Positions 24,759 to 37,099 of a stretch of 64,000 nucleotides of DNA are shown piece by piece. This DNA is from Lama glama (taxonomy: Eukaryota). Below the pieces are notes generated by a model that was given only the letters and a program-made list of their open reading frames with translations, did no database searches and had not been told where the DNA came from. How positions within the stretch are numbered: position 1 is the first letter of the stretch; the number at the start of each line of letters is the position of its first letter. The DNA lies in contig CM052816.1 of the NCBI GenBank assembly GCA_028534125.1, positions 50,966,001 to 51,030,000 of the forward strand. Reading direction: 5' to 3'. A program made the position numbers and the translations under genes.

Positions 24759-24914
24759 AAAAATCTGCCCTCTTTAGCAGACTCAAAAAAGACAGTCTCA
24801 CTTGCCTGAGACAGTCAAACTAAACCATAAGCAAGTTAAAAATCTGCCCTCTTTAGCAGACTCAAAAAAGACAGTCTCACTTGCCTGAGACAGTCAAACT
24901 AAACCATAAGCAAG
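24759..24914. repeat. Perfect two-copy tandem duplication (77 identical bp, period 79)
   Basis: 24759-24835 equals 24838-24914 ('aaaaatctgccctctttagcag...aaaccataagcaag'), separated by 'tt'. Confidence 0.97.
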
Positions 24915-26368
24915 AAACCTAGCTTTAATTTTTTTTTTTAACTTTCAAACAGATTACTAATAGAAGGGCATGTTCACAAAACGGTTAGCTAGCAGTGAGT
25001 TGCAGAAGAAAAGCCAGAAGCCTACAAAGTAGAATAACACACTTTCAGTTCATCCAGGTGATTAAGAAATACATTCAAATTTATGGGAAGCCCAGCCATC
25101 TAACAAAGGAAAACAATATAAAGAGCTCACAGCTCTGAGGGGACAAGAATAGAACCTAGTCCACAGAAAAGAGGAAAGCTTGAGCATCAATCATATAGCT
25201 GGCCAAGTGTTAACAACTTCTAAACAGTGAAGGTGAAAGAACATTTGTTCACCAAAAGGTCAGTTTCTCAATTCAGGGGGGAAGGTTTAGGGGCATGTGG
25301 TGGAAAGTTTGCCTCAGTGTGCATGTTATTTTACCCTTGGGCACAGTTTGCCTATGAAACAAGGTTGGTGGTAGAGAGCAATTAGTCTGGCAGCTAATCA
25401 ATGTCATTGTACTGACAGCTTCCAGGAAACCATCCCAATCTAGAGGAACGATGCTTCAACACTGAGTTGCTTCTCACAGAAAATACCAAGCACTGAGGAT
25501 GCTCCCTTGGGAGTATGCACATGTCCTCAGTCGCAGTATTTACCAAGTGTCTGTAAGGTACTTAATGCTACAATCTGTGCTTGGGAACACTTGTTAAACC
25601 CAGTTTCCTCCCTACATATGGTTTAAAATCTTAACTGAGGGAATGAAAAATGTAATCATGTCAGGGACAGAAAATACATACAAATGTAAGAGTTGGCAAA
25701 AGGTTTTGAGCTGTGTTTCTCTATTTCTCTTTCCCTATTTGATACACAACTCAAGTTACAATCTTCATTCCAACTGGCTGAACTCTCAGAATGTACCTAA
25801 ACCTACTTAGGTCAAGTATTTCCAGTCAAAAACAATTTCACACTACCTCAGCACATAATCAAGAGCAATTCATATATATGGGGCAGAGCAAACAGAAAAG
25901 GTCTTAACTCAACAAGTGGTTGTTGAAGTGAATTGAAATCCCACCCGATTATACCCAACCTAGAAGGTTTTGTTTGTGACTGAGAATGATTCACTACCTA
26001 CCAGTAACTGTGCTTTTGAGTTTAGAGAAAAAACATCCTCCTCAACACAAAGTATATTCTTTCCTATAGGAGAGTTTTTGACTGCGCGGCCATAACTTCC
26101 TAAATAAACCTTTGCCATCCACAAAATGCTAATTTGCTATCGTTCAAGCTAACTTATTTTTTAGTATTGGCCTCACCCTAAATATAATGCCACCCAAGAG
26201 TCTTTGTTGTCTCAAACATGTTTTGCAGCAGAGGATGGAAAGGCAGTGAGACATAAAGAAAAGTAAACTGGGTAAGAAAATAAATGTGAGCTGGGCAGAG
26301 GAGGAGGAAGCTGCCAGCCCTGTACCCCCAGCCTCACCTCATGCCAGTCGGGGGAACTTCCATCTTAA

Positions 26369-26966
26369 GAACTCTAATTACACACACCCCAATGGTCACA
26401 GCAGCACTATTTACAATAGTCAAGACATGGAAACAACCTAAATGTCCATTGGCAGGTGACTGGGTAAAGAAGCTGCAGGATACAATGGAATACTACTCAA
26501 CCATAAAAAAGAATAGAATAATGCCATTTGCAGCAACATGGATGGACCTCATTTTAAGTGAAGTAAGCCAGAAAGAGAAAGAAAAGTACCATATGATATC
26601 ATTTATATGTGGACTCTAAAAGAAAAGACAAATTAACCTATTTACAAAACAGAAACATACTCAGAGGCATAGAAAACAAACTTAGGTTTTTGGGGGGAGG
26701 GGGTAGGAAGGGATAAACTGGGAGTTCCAAATTTGCAGATACTAACTCCTATATACAAAATAGATAAACAAGTTTATACTATATAGCACAGGTAACTATA
26801 TTCAATATCTTGTAGTAACCTATAATGAAAAAGAATATGAAAATGAATACATGTATGCATATGTATGACTGAAACATTATGCTATACATGAGAAATTGAC
26901 ACAATATTGTAAACTGACTATATTACAATAAAAAAAACAAATAAGTTGGAAAATATAAGAAAAAAA
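26369..26966 (+). mobile_element. 5'-truncated younger cetartiodactyl (camelid-like) L1: ORF2 C-terminus, 3' UTR and A-rich tail
   Basis: ORF 26341-26619 reads TPMVTAALFTIVKTWKQPKCP...MEYYSTIKKNRIMPFAATWMDL..LSEVSQKEKEKYHMIS, the L1 ORF2 tail. The 3' UTR reads 'tatgactgaaacattatgct...aaattgacacaatattgtaaactgactata' and is followed by AATAAA. Confidence 0.93.
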
Positions 26967-27407
26967 TGTTAGGCTCCTTAGCAGTTCAGGCTGACTAAAG
27001 TACAGAAAGTCTCCTTATCTTACACTGAGGTGACCCAGCCCCTCTTCATTGTTTCACATGTAAAGCCAACCAGGTATGAAAACACTGATTTGAAATGTCA
27101 GACCATGAGTTCTCACAATGTGGTAGAGCACCTATTCAGTACCAAATAAGCAGTTTAAAAGTAGAAATGTATTTTTTAATCTTCGTAAACTATAACCAGA
27201 TTCTTATGACATCTAACCTCTGTCTAGCCAAGATACGAGCTGAAGTCAATGACTTTTAAGGGGGTAAGTAAAACGTGCTCAAGGTTTTATCCTATGTCCA
27301 GTTAAAAAACAAACAAACAAAAAAACCCAAAAACTAATTCCTCTCACCTCTGTGTTTATTCTTTTTAGTCTTCTTCCTCTGGGTTTCTCCCCTTCCCAAA
27401 ATCAATT

Positions 27408-27546
27408 ACAATCAGCCCTCCTTATCTGTGAGCTGGGAGGGCTAACTGTACTTCGCCATTTTATATAAGAAACTTGAGCATCCATGGATTTTAGTACCTG
27501 TAGGAGGTCCTGGACCAAATCTCCAAGGAAGCCAAGCGGTGACTAT
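27408..27546. mobile_element. MER2/Tigger-family non-autonomous DNA transposon
   Basis: 'tacaatcagccctccttatctgtg...ccattttatataagaaacttgagcatccatggattttagtacctg...ggtcctggaccaaatctcc'. Confidence 0.75.
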
Positions 27547-28114
27547 TCCATCATAATTCAATAAATGTTACAGGGAGCTTATTATATGCCTGTTGGGCAG
27601 TGGGGGTGTCATGAGAACAACATATGCAGCTGTTCCTATCTTCCAGTCTGGTGAGGATGACAGACTTCAAACATTCTAACCCTCTGGGGCTCACACAGCA
27701 GTAAGAATGAACTGACAGAGGCTAAAAAATCAGTCCCTGTAAGAATGAGAAAGCTATAGTGGATGATTTTTCCATTCACCTGAGGACATCCAAGTGGTTT
27801 CAAACATCAAATGCCTTCTCAAAGAACAAAGAGTTGCTGCATTAAGGACATTCAACAGAATGAGATACAGGCATGTAGACAATTTGTTGAGAATAGAAAG
27901 TACAATTTCCCACCATGAGCAATTTGAAAGGGCAACACTCATGTGGACATGCAAGCTTTAACATACTTGCTCAGATGTCAGTTTCATTACTTGATAGCCA
28001 TTACATCATTCTTTGTTTTTATCCTAAGAAAATGCATAAAAATAGGATGCTAGAAAATTTTGTGAATGAAAAGAATAGGAAACAAAAGGACGTGAAATAA
28101 AGGAAATATTTAGA

Positions 28115-28320
28115 GGTTTCCACAGTACACTGAAAAATATTTAAATTTTGGAAATCAGATAGGTTCAAACCCTGAATCCATCTCTTACTAAGGCAATTTT
28201 CTTAAATTATCTGAGGGTCAGTTTACTAATCTAAAATGGAAAAGAAAAACACCAGCCTCTTAAAATCAGTGTGATGATTAGCGGAGAATAATATTTAAAT
28301 ACTAGCATGACACCTGACTC
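28115..28320 (+). mobile_element. Degenerate MIR
   Basis: 'ttggaaatcagataggttcaaaccctgaatccatctcttacta...ttatctgagggtcagtttactaatctaaaatgg'. Confidence 0.6.
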
Positions 28321-28654
28321 TATACTCAGAAGGAGCTCTATATGAAAGGTCTGCTTCTCATAAAACAATCAGAACACCATTCTAACCCCAAGGATGATGT
28401 CCACAGAGAAGGCAGGCTGGGAATACTCCTCTTTTCATTCAGCAAATACTGAGCACTGGGTCCTCTATTAGAGATACTACAGTGAGTAAGAGTGAGGATT
28501 TTACCACAACGAAGTCCTCAAAATATCTGCCGCTCATGAATCCCTATAGTGAGCAGAATAATGTAATAGCAGATTCAAGAAATAATATATTTCAGACTCA
28601 CAGCAGTTTTCTTACCTTGAAAAATTGGCCTTAATCATATTTACATAACTAATA

Positions 28655-29040
28655 TCCTTTTACATTCTTTGGTTGCAAGAAACAGAACCCAACTCTAAGT
28701 AATCTGAGCAAAAGAGAACTCTTTTCAAGATGAGATGTTGCTCAGAGAACCAGAGGACTGAAGCAGCAGGGACCAGAGCCTCTCCTGAGTTCTCCCAAAT
28801 CAACAGAGCTGCCTTGAGGATGGATCTGCTCCAGCTATATTGCTTAGACTCTCCCAGAAGAGAGAGTCTAAGAGCCCATGCTAGGACACATAAAGAACCC
28901 GCAGCTAAGGAAGGTCAAATCACCTTAAATTACAGTCCCAACAAGATTGCCCACAATAGCAGAGAGGTCATTCAACAAAAGGAAATTGGGGTAGTGTTAC
29001 CAAAAGAAAAAGAATGGATGATGGTGGCTAAAATACAACA
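28655..29040 (-). mobile_element. Old MLT1 (N/M-like) LTR fragment
   Basis: 'attctttggttgcaagaaacagaacccaactctaagtaatctgagcaaaagagaa' is typical of an old MLT1 end. Confidence 0.55.
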
Positions 29041-29049
29041 ATATATAGT

Positions 29050-29300
29050 AATAGCAATAGTAGTAATAATAATAATAATAACAGGAGTTGGCCTTTAGTG
29101 AGCACTTACATAGTTTTAGGACCACGTTAAGCATCCTATTGAACTATTACCACAATTCTACAAGGTATAAAGTACTACTACTTTTAAAAATTAATAAAGT
29201 GAGCTCAGATATGTTAAATAATGTATCCTGTATCACACAGCTAGAAAACTGAAATACATTCTGATATCAAAAATGTGTTAACCACTATGATATTCTGCTT
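29050..29300 (-). mobile_element. MIR with an (AAT)n tail
   Basis: 'taataataataataac...tttagtgagcacttacatag...agctcagatatgttaaataatg...tcacacagctag'. Confidence 0.65.
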
Positions 29301-29969
29301 CTCTTGTTAACTTTGGGAAGTAAATAACCAAGTGCTCAATACTCCAAATTTCAATATTAAAGATAAAACCCTAAAAAATCCTATACTGTGATAAATATAT
29401 TTGGTGTTGGCTGCAGTAAATAATTATTCATAGAAGAATGGGCAGCAGCAACCACCGAGTTAATAAATGAACCACAGAAAAACAGAATCTTATTTTTCAA
29501 AAAGGGGTGAATGGTAACTTATTGAATACAAATACTTTCCTCATCTCTCTGTAGCTTAGAAACTGTAAACTTGGCAGTGAACAAGTGACTTACTGTAAAT
29601 TGGATTCTAACTACCAGCACAAGCAGGTTTTCAATCAAGTGTCTATGGATTAGTCAAGTTCAGTGAAAAACTGAGAGTATACAAATACCATCTATCATGC
29701 TAGCTTAATCTTTAAAATGAATTCTCTGTTGCTGAATTGATAGGGCAGAAGTTGACATTTCCTCTGTCTACCTGCAAAATTTGGAACAAACTAATAAATA
29801 TTTCTAACTATGTTGTACTTTTCAAAATTTTAAATAATCACATACATAACTTCAATAGTGCTAATAAATAACAGTTGATGTGCAGGACTGGAGAACTAGA
29901 CATCCTTCCCCAAGTGCCCATCCATCAAGGGTGTGCCCACTGGTCCTGTCAGCCAGACACAGACCCAAA

Positions 29970-30600
29970 TCTGGATGCAGTATGTGTGATGGGGCAGAGC
30001 CTTGGCAGAGATCAGACTGAGCTCTGTGTGAATCTCAGGGCACCACCGTGTGACCTCATTGCTTGGTACCTTTTTCCTCATCTGTAAATGGCTACCTCCA
30101 AGACTTGATCTGAGGGTGAAATAAATAGAGAATGGTACTGTAAATTACTTGGAACCAGGTTTTCTTAGGATGGGTTCCCTAGGAAAAGGCTTGAGGTAGA
30201 GCTTCTTGTGAACGGGATTTTTTTGAGAGAGTAAGGGAAGCAGAACAAATCAGGGTAAGAAAGCTGAGCAAGGATGTGGTCTCAGCTGGAGACTAGCTTT
30301 AGCCTGATCCCATGGGATGCTCTGGAGCAGGAATTGTACAACAGAGTTGGTTCCATCTTGTGGCAGAGGGTTGGGATGGGCTTTCATATTCTGTAGTCAG
30401 TCAGTCATTGGCCACTGGTTGGAGGATTAGAGAAAGAAAAGAATGGAAGGCCAGCTGGTAGTTCTGTGAAGAAGAGGGTAGCTGTGGGCATTAGCCATCA
30501 GTCCTCATTAGTAGCTAAGAGGATTTGAGTAGGGAACCACAGCGTATACTACACATGACTGTGTGGCACATCGTTAAGTGCTTGATAAATATTAGCCCTT
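29970..30600 (+). mobile_element. MIR split by an LTR16-type insertion
   Basis: 'gtgtgacctc...tttcctcatctgtaaatgg' before the LTR and 'gtggcacatcgttaagtgcttgataaatattagc' after it. Confidence 0.6.
30163..30553 (-). mobile_element. LTR16-family ERVL solo LTR
   Basis: 'tcttaggatgggttccctagg...gagcaaggatgtggtctcagctggagactagctttagcctgatcccatggg...gtcagtcattggcc...cacagcgtatactaca'. Confidence 0.75.
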
Positions 30601-30611
30601 TATTTTACTCT

Positions 30612-30765
30612 CAACTTAGCAAATATTTATTGGGCCCAGGACCCTTGTTAGGCAATGAAGATATAAATATGAATAATGTATAGTTCCTGTCCTGGAAGTG
30701 TTTGCAATGCAGCTGGAAAGACAGGTGTACATTGAACTAAAAATGCAAAAGGAAATAGGAGAAAT
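30612..30765 (-). mobile_element. L2 3' fragment
   Basis: 'cttagcaaatatttattgggccc...gttaggcaatgaagatataaatatgaataa...tagttcctgtcctggaag'. Confidence 0.7.
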
Positions 30766-31424
30766 CTTTGGTAGTCTCATCTGACTACCCCTTTCTTTGA
30801 ATGCCCTCCTTTCCTAATCCAGGGGCCAAGAGTCTTTTCTTTCCTGACCATCTCTCCTCTGGCAACACTCAATATCCAGACCTGTATTTCAGAATTTTTT
30901 TTTTCTTTTCATCACTTAGCACAGATAGATGTGTGATAATGGCAATGGTTTAATCCATAAACTAAATCAGTGTATTCAGACTGCACTAGTGAGTCATGAA
31001 ATCAAAAAGTGGGTCCTACAATCTGTATTTTTAAAAATAGAAATAGAATAGAAAAAAAAATCAGAGTGCATCACAATAGTAAGTAAAGCTAAGGGTAAGA
31101 TATAATTGTGGCCTGTGTATATATGTACTGTATATGAATATAGAGAATTTTTTCCCTGTTTTCTGTTTTTCAGAGTAGACGTTTTTCTCAAAATGGGTCA
31201 CCACCAAAAACATCTGAGAAACACTAACCAAACTGAACCTTGCTGGTAGCTTGTTAAGATATCATTCCACTCAGATAACATGTGGTCCCTAATAGGTCAC
31301 AATGCAATTTCAAAATGAAAGTATGAAGTCTGAGGTAGCAATTTCAAGGAACTCTGCAGAACAAAAGGGTAAATAGTTTGGTTAGCTGTGTCTTTCAGCA
31401 TCCCTCATGTTAATAAACCTGCTT

Positions 31425-31955
31425 TGTCAATAAGGTTTTTGAATGTCTTACTAAGCTCAGGGCTGTGTGCTGAGAATGAAATAAAAAACAGTAACAACAA
31501 AAATAGGCCATTTGGGAGTTTATAATTTCCCAAGATAACAAACTCAACTTGAGAATTTTAGTCAAATGTGGTAAATGCTATAGCAGAAGCATGCAGGTGC
31601 TAGGAAGAACACGAATCTAAAACCTACTTGGCAGAAGGTGTAAGGGACACCTGGTGTCTGCTCTCAGGAACCTTACAGTCTTATTTGGTAGATAAAATAC
31701 ATGCAAAGAGATAAAAATGAAATAACACTCAAGCATTTCTTGAAGGCATGAAAAGGACTAGGATTTTGATTTATTTTTAAATCCAGGGGGACAACTAAGC
31801 AGTGCAAAACCAGGAGTCTAGATTGATTCAGGAAAGCTAGCCTAGGCCATGGATTCATGAAGCAGGGCCAGAGAAATGCAAGTAAGCACACAAATTGGTG
31901 TTTAACCTGGAACACAGTAAGCATTTAATAATTATTGAATGAGTGAACACATGAA
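31425..31955. mobile_element. L2 fragments (minus-strand piece, then a plus-strand 3' tail)
   Basis: 'tttgaatgtcttactaagctcagggctgtgtgctgag...' and 'cctggaacacagtaagcatttaataattattgaatgagtgaa'. Confidence 0.55.
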
Positions 31956-32151
31956 TCTGATGGCTAATGAGCAGCTTGCTCCTCTGACTTTTCCTTATAA
32001 GCAGCAAGAGTGTAGTTAACAGGATCCACTTCATCCTAGACTTACCTATTCTCACTAAGACATATCAGCACAAAGCCAGTGAAGACAACAAGACCCTGAA
32101 AACCTATTTCCTGTGACCAGCAGTGAGTGGTAAAGCCAAGAACATAATACC

Positions 32152-32503
32152 TGCCTTAGTCCATTCAGACTGCTTTAACAAAAATACCATGGAATGGGTG
32201 GCTTAAACAACAAACATTTATTTTTCACAGTTTTGGAAGTCCAAAATTAAGGCACTGGCAGATTCAGTGTCTGGTGAGAGCCTGTTTCCCAGTCCATAGA
32301 CCATCTTCTCACTGAGTCCTCACCAGTGGAAGGAGCAAGGAAGCTCTCTGAGGCCTCTTCTATAAGGGTACTAATCCCATTCATGAGGGCTCTACTCTTA
32401 TGACCTAATCATCTCCCAGAGGCTCCACCTCCAAATATCATCACACTGGGGAGTAGGTTTCAGTATATGAATTTGGGGGAGGGGGAAACATTCAATTTAT
32501 TGC
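32152..32503 (-). mobile_element. MLT1A/MLT1A0 LTR (3' LTR of a MaLR provirus)
   Basis: 'tgccttagtccattcagactgc...ggcttaaacaacaaacatttatt...ggcagattcagtgtctggtgagagcc...ctaatcccattcatgagggctc...tatgaatttgggg...attcaatttattgca'. Confidence 0.9.
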
Positions 32504-34073
32504 ATTCCTTCCTTCACCCCCAAAAGTCCTTATCTTTCTAGCATACAGAATACATTCATTCCATCCCAATAGCCTCAAAAGTCTTAACTTGTTTCAGTAT
32601 CAATTGTAAAGTCTAAGTCTAAAATCTTATCTGAATATCATCTAAATCAGATATGGGTAAGACTTGAGGTATGATTCATCCTAAGACAAATTCCTCCCCA
32701 GCTATGAAACCAAACATGTGATGTGCTTCCAAAATACAATGATGGGACAGGCAGAGGATAGATATTCCCACTCCAAAAGGGAGAAATAGGGAAGAAGAAA
32801 AGAGGAACAGCCTCAGGTAAATTCAAAACCTAACAAGGCAAACAACTTAAACCTTAAGGTTCAATAACAACCCCTTTGGCTCATGCTCTGCCTCCCAGGC
32901 CCAGTTAGGGTGGCACCATTATCCCCACTGCTTGGTGGGGGTGTCCTCCTCCTCCTCCCAATGCCACAGTACTCCTGAACTGGGATCAGGCTCCCTGTGA
33001 CTCCAGACAGCTCTATCCTCAAACCTAGGTGGAGGCTGCCAGGCCCCCAAGGCCATGTACTCTGCCTGCTGATGGAGACATGCTGGTGCAGATGACACCA
33101 AAGTTTGCTGCCTGCACCTTGCAAAGAGTTAGCCATCATGGCTAAGCTGCACTGGGCCCACTTCAGCTGCAGCTGGGATGGGCAAGGAGCAAGGAGTGCT
33201 GAATCAGAGGGCAAGAGGGAGCCCTTGATGTGAGGCAGTACAGGCATTGTACACAGGGGCCCCACAGGTGCAGCAGATTCTCCTTTGAAGCCACTCTACC
33301 TACCTCCACCCCCTGTCCCTGCACTAGAGGTCTATGACAGGAGTGGCAGCTCTGATTATCTCTGAATCACTGTCTGGGTCATTCTTCCATTGCTTTGGAT
33401 AATAGCTCCTGTTGAGGAGCTGTTCTGTTGAGATGGTTGATCCGTACTAATCTAATCAAATGGCCACCTGGCCACATCTTTATTATTCTTATTTTTTGCA
33501 ATATAAATAGGTTGAGGACTTTCCAAATCTTTAAGTTCTTTTTTTGCTTAACAATTTCATCTTTAAGTTATTTCTCTTTTGAACTTTACTATAAGCAGTC
33601 AGGAGAAGTCAATGTTCATCTTCAACACTTTGCTTAAAAATTTATTCAGCTGAATACCCAATGTCATCGCTCTCAAGTACTACTTCCAATGAAACACTGG
33701 AACATGAATACAATTCAGCCAAGTTCTTTGTCATTTTACAAGGATGGCTTTTCCTCCATTGTCTAATAACATGTTTCTCATTTCCATCTGAGACCACATC
33801 AAAATGGCCTTCACTGTCCTTGTTTCTACCAATATTCTGTTCAGGATTACTAAGGCATTTTCTAAGAAGATTGAATTTTTTTTATAGTTCTCCTCTTTTT
33901 TTTTTTTTTTTGGAACGCTTACCAGAATTGCCTTTAACAATCCATTCATGTCAATGTTGGCTCTAACATGCACTTTAAAATTCTTCTGCCTACACTCATT
34001 GTCCAGTTCTAAAGCTGCTTCCATATCTTTGCTATTTGTTACTGCAGCACTCCAATTTCTTGGTTCCAATTTC
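32504..34073 (-). mobile_element. MLT1A-type MaLR internal sequence
   Basis: Runs from 'aatacattcattccatcccaatagcctcaaaagtcttaact' to 'aaagctgcttccatatctttgctatttgttactgcagcactccaatttcttggttccaatttc', the reverse complement of the recalled MaLR internal start. Minus ORF 33731-34069 is decayed internal sequence. Confidence 0.88.
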
Positions 34074-34138
34074 TTTCTTTTTTATAAGCCACCCAATCTA
34101 TGGTATTCTTTTACAGCAGCCCAAACAGACTTAAGACA
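34074..34138 (+). mobile_element. MLT1A LTR 3' (U5) terminus in inverted orientation
   Basis: 'ttataagccacccaatctatggtattcttttacagcagcccaaacagacttaagaca' is a plus-strand MLT1A LTR end. Confidence 0.88.
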
Positions 34139-34249
34139 TTACCTAAGGTACAAAAGGAAGAAGTTAATATGGGGTGGCTTGGAGGGTAAAATGCTAATAT
34201 GTTGTAGAAAAATCTAAGATTTGGATAATTTTTACTTAGCACTGTGTTT

Positions 34250-34410
34250 CTTTTTAATCACTTTTACTGAGGTATTATTTACATACAACATAATTCGGCA
34301 ATTTTCAAGTGTACAATTTAATGAGTGTTGACACCATTAAACTGTAACCACCAACACAATCAATATACAGTGCAAGTTAATCACACTGAAAATTTCCACA
34401 TGTCCTTTTT
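34250..34410 (-). mobile_element. Old L1 3' UTR fragment
   Basis: 'cttttactgaggtattatttacatacaac...ttttcaagtgtacaatttaatgagtgttgaca...aaccaccaacacaatcaatatacag'. Confidence 0.8.
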
Positions 34411-36171
34411 ACTCCAAATAATGTTTTAAAACAAGCACTGAGGTTAATAAACTTAGCCACTAATGTTATAAAACCAGGTAGGCAAAAGACAAACCCTGTT
34501 ATCTCTAATTGAGATCTCTTAAATTAATCCCACAGTAAATGTATTAAGAATAATAATAAACAAATCAAGAGGTGATACTTAACAAAAACATAGACTGCAA
34601 AAAGATAAACTTCCTCCAGAAAAGTAATCTAGCAGTTAATTTATATAATGGGTCTTTTATCTGTATCAGTTTGATCAAAGTGCCTACACAATATTATCAT
34701 CTTTGTAGACAATGAGTAGTTTTGGCGGGGGGAGGGGGCAACTCTCTCCCCACTAAGGTAACTTCTCCTTTGAACAGGTATCAATCATAGAGACCAAAGG
34801 AGAAAATGACCTGAATGACCTGAACATTCTCACAGCCATCTAAAGAGTTACACACACTTGCAGCTAATTTCTTCTGTGTTCTACATAAGAAGTTATCATG
34901 GATCCCAGTTCCACACAAGAAGAGGAACATTACTCTAAATATCCAAATGGTCATGAGGATGACTATATAAGTTGCAGACAGATGTTTTTAAGAAAAAAAA
35001 AGAAAGAAAGAAGCCAGATGGGAGTATTAAAGGCAGGAACCAAATTAAGCCTGAGATTACCCAGAAAGATAAAAAGATGACTAGGAGAGTAACAGCCAGT
35101 GCTGACCAGAGTCGGAGTGCAGCCGGCCAGCCCGTGCAGACAGACGTGGCTCAGACTTGGCTCAAAACCAAAACAAGCACAATGTACCCAGATTCAGACT
35201 AACCAGGGAATGAACTGTGTGCTAAGCAACTGAATCATCACATGTTACAGTAATGTCTACAGTCCATTTTGAGGAAGAACGTTTTAAGAATAAAAAGAAA
35301 TCTCATATTGTTGGGTAGGATGAACCCCACATACTCTTGCCCAGAGGCAAGGGAGAAGCCAACAATGAATAAAATACAACTTTGACGTGCATACCCCAGA
35401 CTGTTTTCAATCAAATTTCAAAGGAAGTTAAATATGTAAAGAAAACACAAATTTAAATTTTCACCCCCCTAAAGAAACTATATCAAAGGGTTCCTATTTT
35501 AGAGTTTCAAAAATGTTAGTCCCACTTAAATATTTTCTGGTCTGCATGAACCTTTCCCATATAATCAGTATCCTAGAGGTCAAGCCTCTGATGCTTCGTG
35601 TGTCATCAGCTATCAAAACCCCCTCAGCTGTGAATTTGAATTGTATCGGTTTACAGCTCATTTTCTCTTGGAGCTGAGACCTAAGAACAAGTGCCGATGT
35701 ACCTAACTGACTTGCCTGCTGTATGCAACGCATAAAAGTACCACAGAATACCACAGATCTTGCTAAAATCACACATATCTGACTCTGACCGACATCCGCT
35801 GTATTCCTCCGCAACAAAGAAAGGAGGACCTCACTGTGAAGGATTCCTCAGTTTCGTGCTAGCTGATCTCACTGTGAATGTCCATCTTCCCTCATTGCAG
35901 CTTACCCAGCATCCTGCAAATTCTCAGGAGTCTTCAGGATTTCCTTCCTTTGAATTTGACTCTGACTCAAGATAAACCCGAAAAAAGTTATGGTTAGCAT
36001 CCCCCTGAATGTCAATAGAAAGATTAAAGTCCAAAGAGGAAGAGATGGAGGGAGATGAGCTGGTAGTGAGAAGCAACTGCCACTGGCTCTGGCTGGATTG
36101 TTTTAATTAAGAGAAGCTAGATGGTGTTTTAGACAAAATGGTCCCCAGAACAATTAGAAGATCACCTAGCT

Positions 36172-36446
36172 CAGTGCTTCTCAAATCACCTGGCGATCTT
36201 ATTGAAATGACAGATGAGTATTTTGATTCAGTGGGTCTGGGGTAGATTCAAGATTCTTCATTTCTCATACGCTCCCAGGTGATGTCAACATTGCTGGTTC
36301 ATGGGCCAGATTGGAGTAGTGAGTTCTTAGAGTCCTTTTTTAAAAATACGTCTAGGCTCCTCTCCTGACCAATAGAAGCTATGGAAATGGCACCATTTGA
36401 GCCCCTCTGATGATTCTTAGGCACGCTAAATTTTGAGGAGCATTTA
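36172..36446. mobile_element. MER5-family hAT-Charlie elements (two adjacent copies)
   Basis: 'cagtgcttctcaaatcacctgg...tgattcagtgggtctgggg...tttctcatacgctcccaggtgatg...tgctggttcatgggcca', then 'tgatgattcttaggcacgctaaattttgag'. Confidence 0.75.
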
Positions 36447-36784
36447 ATTCATACTCCTTGTCTTCTCACTCTCCCACCTCTGGGAGAGTAACACCTGAGT
36501 CTACATCAGTCAGTTTCTCTGGTGACAGCTGCCTATCCCAGCCAGAGCAGCAATGGTGGGGCGGGAGGGGTATCCCATGTTCAGGAATATCATGAGCTCA
36601 GGCGTATCATGAGCAAGATAAGCTAAGCTACCTTACCCTCTGAATTACTGATTCCTGCCCTGCTGCCTGGAAGTAACTTCCACCTGGTAGTGGGGATAGA
36701 GGAGGGAGTTTATTTTATTTGGTATCTCAAGGAAGGAAGTGAAAATACTAGGGGTGCAAAGGTGCCATATACTAAATAGGTTTG

Positions 36785-36870
36785 GCATTTCTTTATACTT
36801 TTCTGTAATTTTCTAATTTTCCACAAGAACATCTATTACTTTTATAATCAGAAAAACAAACATTTTTAAA
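36785..36870 (+). mobile_element. Old L1 extreme 3' end
   Basis: 'tttatacttttctgtaattttctaattttccacaagaacatctattacttttataatcagaaaaa'. Confidence 0.6.
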
Positions 36871-37099
36871 GTCTTTAAACTGTGAGCTACCACATGCCTA
36901 AGAAATGACTACTAATTCCAGTACTTCCTAAAGCAGCAAACTACTTGAAAATGTTCTTCCTGTGAAGTGTAGCTTTTATACACAGTGTAACTCAGTTTTC
37001 TGATTTTCGAAATTTACCTCTAGATTTCACCTACTAGAATTTTTTGTCAACTATTTCCTCCATCCTTGCCTATTGAACAAGCAGAGTTCAGCCTGTAAA

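Noticed and set aside
24759..24914. Direct repeats as a CRISPR-like array
   Set aside because: Only two adjacent copies, no spacers, mammalian context.
26341..26619. 92-aa ORF as a host gene
   Set aside because: It is the L1 ORF2 C-terminus of a truncated insertion.
32861..34217. Several 60-134-aa ORFs
   Set aside because: They lie within decayed MaLR internal sequence.
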